Origin: an uncultured Actinomycetes bacterium
GTDB taxonomy: Bacteria; Actinomycetota; Actinomycetes; S36-B12; CAIYMF01
DNA length: 32,000 nt
Reading direction: 5' to 3'
Assembly (NCBI GenBank): GCA_963843975.1
Contig: CAWJMG010000003.1
Span: 2,726,297 to 2,758,296 of the forward strand
Numbering within the stretch: the first letter of the stretch is position 1; each line of letters begins with the position of its first letter. Position numbers and translations under genes: made by a program. This document shows, in pieces, positions 24,646 to 31,994 of this stretch. The notes below the pieces were generated by a model. The model saw nothing but the letters and a program-made list of their open reading frames with translations. It did not search any database and was not told where the DNA came from.

Positions 24646-25088
24646 GGTGCGGCTCCGGTGATGCCGGGGACGAGGGTGGCGCTGGCACGCCCGTTCACGG
24701 TGAGGGTGTGAATACCGATGAGGCCGAGGAACACGGTCGGGGTCGAGTCGGCGACGGTCACGGTGACGGTGGTGCCGGTGGTGGTGACGGTCCCGGTGAC
24801 GCCGCGGGCGGTGAGGTAGGCGCGGGCCGCTGCGGTCGCTGCGCGGGTGTCGAGGGTGGGGTCCTGGCCGGTGATGGCGTCGGAGACGTCGATGCGCTGC
24901 CCGGCGACGCGCGCCGCGTCGGCGGCCAGCGCGTCGGCGCGTTGGATACCGCGGATCTTGGCGCCGCCGTCGACGACGAGGCCGATGAGGACGAGCAGCC
25001 CGAGGACGGTGATGGACAGGAACACCGTCGCCGACCCCTCATCGCAGCGCCCGCCGTGTCGCTGCCTCGTGGGACGTCTGGAGGTCAT
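24642..25088 (-). CDS. TadE/TadG-like pseudopilin (Rv3654c-type)
   Basis: 148 aa with ATGA overlaps at both ends. The N-terminus DEGSATVFLSITVLGLLVLIGLVVDGG followed by RADALAADAARVAG is typical of TadE/G-like N-terminal domains. Confidence 0.75.
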   Translation of the reverse strand: MTSRRPTRQRHGGRCDEGSATVFLSITVLGLLVLIGLVVDGGAKIRGIQRADALAADAARVAGQRIDVSDAITGQDPTLDTRAATAAARAYLTARGVTGTVTTTGTTVTVTVADSTPTVFLGLIGIHTLTVNGRASATLVPGITGAAP

Positions 25089-25561
25089 GACCGGCCCCGG
25101 TAGGTGTCCAGCGGGCTGGTCGCCGTCGCGGTGACCTGCCGCGATCCGGGCATGCCGGGCACGGCGAGACTGGACAGCGACACCGTGCAGGTGACGGTCG
25201 CGGTGACCGATGCCGGGCGTCCGACGGGGACGGCGAACCCGCTGGTATCCACGGTGACGCGCACGGTGGCGCAGTGCAGGTCGCCGGTGTCGAGCTCGCG
25301 GCGCGCGGCGCTGGTCGCGGTGCTGGTGGCGGCCGCCTGGTCGCGGGCCAGGGTCGCAGCGCGTGCGGCGGTCTGGGCGGCGTGGTCGACCTCCTGGTGC
25401 GCGATGGACAGCCGGCCGGCGACGACGACGAGGGCGAGCAGGACCAGCACAGCGGGAGCGAGGATCGACAGCTCGAGGGTCACCGACCCCGCATCGGCGC
25501 GGCGGGCCGCGCCCAGGGCGTGGTCCACGGCGCGCCGCTGTCCCGGGTGTGTGCCGGTCAT
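25085..25561 (-). CDS. TadE-like minor pilin
   Basis: 158 aa from ATG 25561 (ATGA overlap). GSVTLELSILAPAVLVLLALVVVAGRL is a TadE N-terminal motif. Confidence 0.75.
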   Translation of the reverse strand: MTGTHPGQRRAVDHALGAARRADAGSVTLELSILAPAVLVLLALVVVAGRLSIAHQEVDHAAQTAARAATLARDQAAATSTATSAARRELDTGDLHCATVRVTVDTSGFAVPVGRPASVTATVTCTVSLSSLAVPGMPGSRQVTATATSPLDTYRGRS

Positions 25562-25998
25562 GGGGTGTCCGTGGTGAAGCGCTCGACGGGGACGAGGGCG
25601 TCCTGGGTGACGGTCAGGCCGGGGACGCCGGGCAGCACCGACAGGGCTCGGCCGCTCACCTCGATCCGGACGAACGCGGTTGTGGTGCCTGCGGCCGTGA
25701 CGGACGTGCCGGTCAGGGAGTCCCCGGCGTGGTCGGTGAGGAAGGACCGGGCCCGCGCCACCGCCGCTCCCGTGGTCGAGTTGTAGGCAGCGCCGGCGGC
25801 GGCGCCTTCCTGCGCTGCGGCCTGGGCGAGGTTGCGGGCGTGGAACCACAGGCCACCCTGGACGATCGAGAACACCAGCAGCAGCAGTGCGGGCGCGAGG
25901 ATCGCGATCTCCAGGCTCACCGACCCGTCCTGCCCGCGGGCATGCCACCGACGGCATGGGGCGGTGCCGACGGTTCCTGCCGGTGAACGGGCGGGCAT
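25558..25998 (-). CDS. TadE-like minor pilin
   Basis: 146 aa. GSVSLEIAILAPALLLLVFSIVQGGLWFHARN is a TadE N-terminal motif. It starts 18 nt downstream of the pilin gene. Confidence 0.75.
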   Translation of the reverse strand: MPARSPAGTVGTAPCRRWHARGQDGSVSLEIAILAPALLLLVFSIVQGGLWFHARNLAQAAAQEGAAAGAAYNSTTGAAVARARSFLTDHAGDSLTGTSVTAAGTTTAFVRIEVSGRALSVLPGVPGLTVTQDALVPVERFTTDTP

Positions 25999-26016
25999 AA
26001 CTGCGGCGGGCCGTGG

Positions 26017-26217
26017 TCAGTTGATCTGGTCGGTGCGGCGGGTGACGGCCAGGGTGATCGCGGTGACCAGCAGCGTCGCGACCGCGATGAGCCCGAGCAC
26101 GATGATCACCAGCTCCAGGGTCGAGACACCGTCCTCACCCCGATTGCGCAGGGTGCGGCTGGTGCGGGCGAGGTGGCCGGCGAGCAGGACGCGGGCGGCG
26201 AGCAGGGTGCTGGTCAT
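26017..26217 (-). CDS. flp: Flp-type (DUF4244-like) prepilin
   Basis: 66 aa with AGGAG 9 nt upstream of the ATG. A basic leader is followed by G/VSTLELVIIVLGLIAVATLLVTAITLAV (G then xxxxE then a hydrophobic helix). Its position between tadC and the tadE genes matches actinobacterial Tad loci. Confidence 0.65.
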   Translation of the reverse strand: MTSTLLAARVLLAGHLARTSRTLRNRGEDGVSTLELVIIVLGLIAVATLLVTAITLAVTRRTDQIN

Positions 26218-26279
26218 CGGGAGGTGCTCCTGTCCGGTACGGCGTGCATGGGCATTGCTGGGTGGGATTGGAAGTGCTT

Positions 26280-27167
26280 CTAGGAGAACAGGATCCGGGC
26301 GAAGGCGGGGTAGCCGATCAGGGCCATGAAGGCGATGCCCAACAGGGCGACGGGGATGATCATGTGCTCGCTGGCGGCGTTCGCCTCCGCCGCGGACGCG
26401 GCCAAGAGCTGGTGACGCAACGAGGCAGCGCGGGCGCGCAGGGTGGCGTAGACGGCGGCGCCGTCGGTGCCGGACAGTCGCATGATGTCGGCGAGGTCAC
26501 CGAGCTCGGGGACGCCGACCTGCTCCGCGAGCTCGCTCAGGGCGTCCCAGGGCGGGCGCCCGGCGAGTTCGGCGCGGGTCAGGGCGTCGCGGATGCGCAC
26601 GAACCCGGGGGCGTCGGCGACCCATGCCGCGCGCTCGAGGGCCTGCACGGTTCCGGCGTCGCCGGCGCGTTCGAGGGCGACGAGCTCGAGGTAGGCGCAC
26701 ACCGCCAGGCGCATCGCGTCCCGCTCGGTCTGCGCGCGGCGGCGCAGGTCCGCGTCGGGCACCCAGAACAACACCGCGGCCAGCAGCAGCGACACCGCAG
26801 CGGGCACGACGAGCGGGGGCACGATGCCCAGCAGGGCGACCGCGGCGAGCAGGACCGGCGGGAACGCGAGCCCGATCAGCGCGTAGCCGGTCTTGCGCGC
26901 CGCCAGCGCCGCCGGGGTCTCGCCGAGCAGGGCGAGGTCGCGGGCGTAGCGGTCCAGGTGCAGGCGGGCCGCGAGGTCGGTGAAGACGCCGTCGCTGGTG
27001 CGCTGCCACTGTGACCCCCCGACCACGGCGACGGGTTCAGGGTCGGCGGTGTCCAGGCGGGCCAGGGCGGCGGCGAGGTCGGGGACGTCGGGGACCAGGG
27101 CGCGGATCAGCACCGCGACACCCGCGCCCACGCTCGCGCCGGTGGCGATCACCAACGGGTCGATCAT
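26280..27167 (-). CDS. tadC: TadC-like pilus platform protein (T2SS-F domain)
   Basis: 295 aa from ATG 27167 (ATGA overlap). TM helices flank a cytoplasmic helical domain. The gene is third after the ATPase, and its C-terminus IIPVALLGIAFMALIGYPAFARI is typical. Confidence 0.8.
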   Translation of the reverse strand: MIDPLVIATGASVGAGVAVLIRALVPDVPDLAAALARLDTADPEPVAVVGGSQWQRTSDGVFTDLAARLHLDRYARDLALLGETPAALAARKTGYALIGLAFPPVLLAAVALLGIVPPLVVPAAVSLLLAAVLFWVPDADLRRRAQTERDAMRLAVCAYLELVALERAGDAGTVQALERAAWVADAPGFVRIRDALTRAELAGRPPWDALSELAEQVGVPELGDLADIMRLSGTDGAAVYATLRARAASLRHQLLAASAAEANAASEHMIIPVALLGIAFMALIGYPAFARILFS

Positions 27168-28084
27168 GAGCCGGTCCTCCCCGAAGCGGCGGGCGTCCAG
27201 GCGGGGTCCGCGGCGTCGCCGAGCCGGGTTGATCCGGTGGGCAGGAACAGTCGCGGCTGCGGGCGGGTCAGGGTCAGCGCCCGCATCCACGCCAGCGATG
27301 CGATGAACCCGCACGCGATCACCGCGAGGACCAGCTGGCCGAGCAGGGTGCCGTAGGGGGCGAGGTAGGTGCCGTTGAGTGTGCCGACGGCGACCACGCC
27401 GAGGGTGATGAGGGTGACCGCGCGGGCGGTGGTGCGGGGCTTGGCGCGCTCGGCCTCCACCCGGCGGCGCATCGCGACCTCCTCGGCGACGGAGTCCGCG
27501 ACCGCGGCCAGGACTCGTGCCAGGCCAGGGCCGCGGCGGCGGGCACCCAGGATCAACGTGGCGACGACGAGGTCGCCGGTGGCGTCGTCGAGGTCGTCGG
27601 CGAACGCGCGCAGCGCGGCCTCGGTCGACCAGCGGGCGTCCAGCCGCGCCGCCAGCGCGGACACCTCGCCCTGCAGGCGTTGCGGGCAGGTGCGCACGGT
27701 CGCGGCGATGCCCTGCTCGAGACCGACACCGACCACCAGCACGTCGGACAGGCGCCGGGTCCATTCCTCCAGCGCCTCGATCCGGTCGATGCCCGCGGCC
27801 GCGACAGTCGAGGTGCCGAGCAGGATGGGCAGGCCCCACACGGTTGCGGCGACGATGAGTGCGGCGACTGGCCACCCGGTGACCAGCCACGCCGCGGCAG
27901 CGCCCAGGACTGCGACGATGGCGCGCGCCGTCGACCCGGCCCGCATCCGCTGCGGGTGCGTCGTCGCAGTGCGACGCGGCACCGGTGCGGGTGCGGGTGC
28001 GAGCGCAGGGAACAGTCCGGCGACAACCAGCAGCACGCCAGCGACAAGGATCGCGCCGGTGACCGCAGCCAGGACGGCGGTCAC
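27164..28084 (-). CDS. tadB: TadB-like pilus platform protein (T2SS-F domain)
   Basis: 306 aa from GTG 28084 (GTGA overlap with the tadA stop). N-terminal TM and C-terminal TM pair with a central helical domain (LDDATGDLVVATLILGARRRGPGLARVL). Confidence 0.8.
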   Translation of the reverse strand: MTAVLAAVTGAILVAGVLLVVAGLFPALAPAPAPVPRRTATTHPQRMRAGSTARAIVAVLGAAAAWLVTGWPVAALIVAATVWGLPILLGTSTVAAAGIDRIEALEEWTRRLSDVLVVGVGLEQGIAATVRTCPQRLQGEVSALAARLDARWSTEAALRAFADDLDDATGDLVVATLILGARRRGPGLARVLAAVADSVAEEVAMRRRVEAERAKPRTTARAVTLITLGVVAVGTLNGTYLAPYGTLLGQLVLAVIACGFIASLAWMRALTLTRPQPRLFLPTGSTRLGDAADPAWTPAASGRTGS

Positions 28085-29541
28085 GACGGTGCTCCGACCA
28101 CGTCGAGCGGCATGGTCCAGGTGCCGGTGCGGTGGTCTAGGAACCCGGGGTCGAACCCGGCCCGGATGAGTTCCGGCAGGCACGCCGGTGCGTGGGTGGG
28201 GACGCCGCGCCCGTCGGGTCCGGGGGCGAAGACGGTCGTGGTGGTGGGGCGGCCGAACTCGCCCATCCCGTTGATCTCCACGATGTCGGACACGAACCTG
28301 TGCCGCCGCCCGCCGATGTGGGTCTCGTCCAGCAGGCGTGCGTGGACGATGAGGTCCACGGAGCCTGCGACCAGGCGGTAGGCGAACGTGTCGGTCATCC
28401 CGATGTCTGCGGACAGGCACAACGTGACGAGGCGGTCCAGGGCGTGCGCGGCGGTGCGGGAGTGGATCGTGCACAGCGACCCGTCGCCGGTCGACATCGC
28501 CTCCAGCATCGGGACCGCCTCGCTGCCGCGGACCTCGCCGACGATGATGCGCCGCAGGTTCATCCGTAGCGCATCCACCACCAGCTCGGACAGCGTCACC
28601 TCGCCCGCGCGGCGGCCCGATGGGTCGCGTTCGCTGGATCCGTCGCGGGCCTCCATCGCCACCACCCGGGGGTGTCGGTCGGGGAGCTCGTGCAGGTGCA
28701 GCTCGTACTCCCGCTCGATGGTTGCGAAACGCTCCATCGGGTCGAACTCGTTGGCCAGCGCCCGGATCAGGGTGGTCTTGCCCGCGTTCTGCAGCCCGGT
28801 GACGATGATGTTCTTCCCGGACCGCAGCGCCGCGCGCAGGAACGCGACCAGCGCGGTGTCGAGCATCCCGAGGGCGATCAGGTCGTCGAGGTCGACGTCG
28901 CGGACCCGGTGGCGGCGCACCACCACCTGAGGGCGCGGTGTCGTCCACGCCATCGCCGCCAGACGGGATCCGTCCTCCAGGCGCAGGTGCAAGCGCGGGT
29001 TCGCGGTGGTGAAGGTGCGTTCGTTGCCCGCCACCCGAGCGGCCAGGTGCTGGAGCTGCTCGAGGAGCTCGGCGTCGGAGTCCGCAACAGCTGGGCCGCG
29101 CTCCTCGCGGCCATCCGCATAGGACACCCAGACCTGGTCGTGGCCGTTGACCTCGATGTTCTCCACCATCGGGTCATCGACCAGCGGCTGCAGGCGTCCC
29201 AGGCCGAACAGCGCCGACATGACCGCGTCGGCGAGCGCGAACTCCTCCTCCACGCTCCACCCCGGGACGCCGGCTCGCGCGGCGTCGCGGGACCGGGCGG
29301 TCAGGACATCGGCGAGCAGGGAGCGGCACAGCTCCTGCCGGGCCGCGGTGTCTGTCAGCGGGTCGGTCTGCAGGCGGGCGGCGAGGCGTTCGGCGACCTC
29401 TCGGCGCAGCACCCGGACCAGCCCGTGATCGACCGACAACCCTGCGCCCGGGTCGGCCGCGGGCGGTTCGGGCTCGGGCCACGCGCGCAGCGCGGGCGTG
29501 CCGAGGTCGTCGACTTGCCAGGCGCGCAGCTGCTCGGTCAC
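28081..29541 (-). CDS. tadA: TadA/CpaF-family secretion ATPase
   Basis: 486 aa. Walker A IIVTGLQNAGKTTLIRAL. Asp box FATIEREYEL. Walker B RRIIVGEVRGSEAVPMLEAMSTG. His box SLCTIHSRTAAHALDRL. Confidence 0.95.
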   Translation of the reverse strand: MTEQLRAWQVDDLGTPALRAWPEPEPPAADPGAGLSVDHGLVRVLRREVAERLAARLQTDPLTDTAARQELCRSLLADVLTARSRDAARAGVPGWSVEEEFALADAVMSALFGLGRLQPLVDDPMVENIEVNGHDQVWVSYADGREERGPAVADSDAELLEQLQHLAARVAGNERTFTTANPRLHLRLEDGSRLAAMAWTTPRPQVVVRRHRVRDVDLDDLIALGMLDTALVAFLRAALRSGKNIIVTGLQNAGKTTLIRALANEFDPMERFATIEREYELHLHELPDRHPRVVAMEARDGSSERDPSGRRAGEVTLSELVVDALRMNLRRIIVGEVRGSEAVPMLEAMSTGDGSLCTIHSRTAAHALDRLVTLCLSADIGMTDTFAYRLVAGSVDLIVHARLLDETHIGGRRHRFVSDIVEINGMGEFGRPTTTTVFAPGPDGRGVPTHAPACLPELIRAGFDPGFLDHRTGTWTMPLDVVGAPS

Positions 29542-30375
29542 GACCCCACCACCGTCGCCTGGTCGGGGGCGGATGCGGAAGAGCGCAGCGGCGCCTCGTC
29601 GGACGTCGGGGCGGACAACGGCGTGCGACGCTCGGCGCTGTCGCGGAGCCGAGTGGTCACGGCGGCCGCGGAGCGCATCAGCGCGGTGCGAGCGAACCAG
29701 CGTCCGGCAGGCGCGCCGTCGCTGAGCACCACGGCCGCCCGAGGATCCCAGGCCAACGATCCGAGCAGCGGCAGCCCGAGGGAGGATGCGACCTCGTCGG
29801 CAGCGTAGGGGCGTCGCTCACCGACGACCAGCAGCCAGCGCCGCGGCGACGCCGAGCCCGCCGGCTCGGCTGTGCGCATCGCCTTCGCGGCGGGCCGCGC
29901 TGCAGCGACCGCACGCAACGACGACCCGGTCACGAGCACCACGAGGTCCGCAGCCGCCAGCAGCGATGCGTCAGCGCCGGCAGGCAGTCGTCCGACGTCG
30001 ACGAGGACCGTCCAACTCTCCTCGCCGGTGCTGTCGAGCTGCACGCAGCCGCGACCAGGCCGGGGTCGCGCCGGGCTTGGTCGGCGGGAACGGTGCGGGA
30101 CCGGCGAGCAGGAGCCGGGACCCGGTCGCGTCGAGCGCGACAGCGGAACCGTGGACCGCGTCGAGCAGGTCGCTGCGTGCCGTCGCGACGGCGCCGGCTC
30201 CGGCGCCCGGCCCGGTCCCGCCCAGCAGGTACCCGGAGGCGAGGTCCGCGCCGGCCGGGTCGGCGTCGACCAGAAGCACCGAGCCCCCGTTCAGCGGCCA
30301 GGCCAGAGCCAGGGCCAGCGCGGTGGTGGTCGCCCCGGGCGCGCCCTTGGCCGAGCACACCACGATCACGGTCAT
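29538..30375 (-). pseudogene. tadZ: TadZ/Ssd-like ParA/MinD-family protein, reading frame interrupted by a 1-nt shift near 30045
   Basis: The span is 838 nt, which is not a multiple of 3. The N-terminal part (ORF 29971..30375) is MTVIVVCSAKGAPGATTTALALALAW...VLLVDADPAGADLA, with a deviant Walker A. The C-terminal part (ORF 29538..30044) is WTVLVDVGRLPAG...ADLVVLVTGSSLRAVAAA...WLLVVGERRPYAADEVASSLGLPLLGSLAWDP. The high codon-3 GC switches frame exactly at ...tcg cgg ctg / c / gtg cag ctc... (30044-30048). Confidence 0.7.
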
Positions 30376-31052
30376 GACACGGCCACCCGCGGCAGCAGCA
30401 CCAGCGCGATGCGCCCCGTCGCGGCCCGAGCCGCCAGCGCCGGACCGTCCCCGGCCGCGACGGTGACGTCGAGCACCGACACCCCGTTGAGGTCAACCGG
30501 GCCGACCCGCACGACGGTCGCCGCCAGAGTCGCGGGCGGCCCGGTCGGCGGGTCGCCGTCCACGCCAGGGGTCTCGACGATGAGGATCCGGTCACCGGGC
30601 GTCAAACCACCCGCCGGCAGCCGGTCGGCCTTGAGCGGAACACCGACCAGGACCTCCCCCGCCTTCGGGGGTGCCGCGGCGGTGAGCTGCGCGGGCGCCA
30701 GCAGCGACCCAGCCACGATCGTCGTCGCAGCGACCTGGCCCACGACCTGGTCACGCTCGCCCGCCGGGATAACGGCGACCCCGCCCGTGCCGGCGACCTC
30801 GACGGTCGACAGGTCGGCGTCGGTCAGGACCGTCCCATAGGGGACGTCGCGCGCCGCGACCAGCACCGCGACGCGGGCGCTGCTGGTCGACACCAGCCAC
30901 GCAGCCGCGAGCGCTCCCACCGCGACCAGGGCCACACCCAGGGCAAGCAGCCCCGGACGGCGGCGCGGCCGTGGGGCGCGCATCGGTGCAGCGACCGGCA
31001 TCGCCCGCGTCGGCCCGTCCGCCCGGGCCGTGCCAGAACTCGTGGTCATCAC
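30372..31052 (-). CDS. cpaB: SAF-domain Flp pilus assembly protein (CpaB-like), first gene of the Tad operon
   Basis: 226 aa (GTG 31052 or ATG 31049). N-terminal TM LLALGVALVAVGALAAAWLV. SAF-like VAVLVAARDVPYGTVLTDADLSTVEV. The stop overlaps the tadZ start (ATGA). Confidence 0.8.
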   Translation of the reverse strand: MMTTSSGTARADGPTRAMPVAAPMRAPRPRRRPGLLALGVALVAVGALAAAWLVSTSSARVAVLVAARDVPYGTVLTDADLSTVEVAGTGGVAVIPAGERDQVVGQVAATTIVAGSLLAPAQLTAAAPPKAGEVLVGVPLKADRLPAGGLTPGDRILIVETPGVDGDPPTGPPATLAATVVRVGPVDLNGVSVLDVTVAAGDGPALAARAATGRIALVLLPRVAVS

Positions 31053-31708
31053 CGCCCCAATTCAGTCTTGACAGATGCGGCTCTACCTCTCTTGATAGTT
31101 GATGTAGGGATGGTCTTTAATGTCTCGAGAGATAGGGTGTAATAGCCAAGTTGGTTAGGAACACGCTTCCATCTATTTTCACCTTTACCTTTGGATAGAT
31201 TTTTGGTGACACGCTCTTTCGCAACTCGGAAAACTGTTTCTGTAAGCTCTCCGTATAGGATATTTACCACATCATCAGCATTAATTGCTTGCCCTTGACG
31301 TTCATTCAAAATCTTGGCGATCGCTTCGGTGAGGGTGAGACCTTCATAGGCAGGACGAGTTGTCAAAGAACCACGACGATGACCTCTTCCTCTTCCCTTT
31401 GATACAGGAGCAGGAGCTACCTCGACCTTGGCTTTAGGTTTACGACCTTTGGTAGGCGCTGGTGGAGCTTCAACAATAACAGGAAGGACTGGTACAACAG
31501 CCGCTACAGCTTCTTTCTTTTTACCTTTAGCCTTAGGAGCTTCAGCAGGTAAGCTTCCTAGAAGGGCTTCAACGTGAGCGAGTTGGGCGCGAGCTTGAGC
31601 AACTTTATCTTCGTATTCAGCGAGAAATCCTTGCAAATGGGATTGTAAAGCTTGTAGAGACGCGCCAAAACCGTCTGGCTGTAAACTTACAGGTAGATCT
31701 ATACTCAT
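31049..31708 (-). CDS. AT-rich-genome protein: N-terminal coiled coil, K/A/P-rich histone-H1-like linker, C-terminal HARE-HTH-like winged-helix domain
   Basis: 219 aa with A/T-preferring codons. LTLTEAIAKILNERQGQAINADDVVNILYGEL...VTKNLSKGKGENRWKRVPNQLGYYTLS resembles the HARE-HTH pattern. The linker is APKAKGKKKEAVAAVVPV...PAPTKGRKPKAKVEVAPAPVSKGRGRG. The last two codons and the stop come from the GC-rich side of the junction, so the 3' end may be non-native. Confidence 0.65.
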   Translation of the reverse strand: MSIDLPVSLQPDGFGASLQALQSHLQGFLAEYEDKVAQARAQLAHVEALLGSLPAEAPKAKGKKKEAVAAVVPVLPVIVEAPPAPTKGRKPKAKVEVAPAPVSKGRGRGHRRGSLTTRPAYEGLTLTEAIAKILNERQGQAINADDVVNILYGELTETVFRVAKERVTKNLSKGKGENRWKRVPNQLGYYTLSLETLKTIPTSTIKRGRAASVKTELGR

Positions 31709-31744
31709 ACTATGGGAACCAAAAAAATAATGATTGATTGATGT

Positions 31745-31792
31745 GATGAGTTTACTTCCTCATGGTTTTTCTAATGATGGAAGAAACTCATC
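31745..31792. repeat. imperfect inverted repeat upstream of the AT-rich ORF
   Basis: gatgagtttacttcc (31745-31759) pairs with ggaagaaactcatc (31779-31792) with a 1-nt bulge and a 19-nt loop. It lies 37 nt upstream of the ORF start at 31708 on the minus strand. Confidence 0.5.
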
Positions 31793-31955
31793 ATTTCGTT
31801 CTATCACGTTTTGAGAGAACTCGCAATAGTTTAGAAAGAATTCTCACCATTATCTATTTTTTTATGGCAACTTTTAAACGAGTGGCTGCTCTTGAGAAAG
31901 CTGGAAATTGTTTCTAGTAAAGCTTTATAGCCTTCAAACCACCTAGATATAGCTA

Positions 31956-31994
31956 AAAGACAGAAAGAGACGAATATTGTCCCTTTCTGTCTTT
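31956..31994 (+). terminator. candidate intrinsic terminator hairpin
   Basis: A perfect 12-bp stem: aaagacagaaag (31956-31967) pairs with ctttctgtcttt (31983-31994). Three further inner pairs follow one mismatch. On the plus strand it is followed by ATTTCT. The stem is AT-rich, so strength is uncertain. Confidence 0.35.

Larger units (their letters stand above)
2186..31058. mobile_element. segment of a conjugative element (ICE or plasmid backbone): MobF relaxase, T4SS, accessory island and Tad pilus module
   Basis: The relaxase, coupling protein, VirB4, wall hydrolase and ArdC-like genes are all present. True ends are not identified: no integrase, att site or rep gene lies in the window. The right limit is set at the composition break and the left limit is arbitrary, at the start of the non-coding region upstream of the relaxase. 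Confidence 0.65.

Noticed and set aside
23401-24711. 436-aa ORF on the plus strand, together with 24089..24661 and 22330..23250
   Set aside because: All are antisense to the LysM-SARP gene, whose LysM and BTAD domains are clear. They are R/G-rich shadow ORFs.
28672-29808. 378-aa ORF on the plus strand
   Set aside because: It is antisense to the TadA ATPase and the TadZ-like gene, and has no motifs.
31864-31917. 17-codon mini-ORF (MATFKRVAALEKAGNCF) in the AT-rich tail
   Set aside because: It is too short to support, and no ribosome-binding site or homology was recognised.
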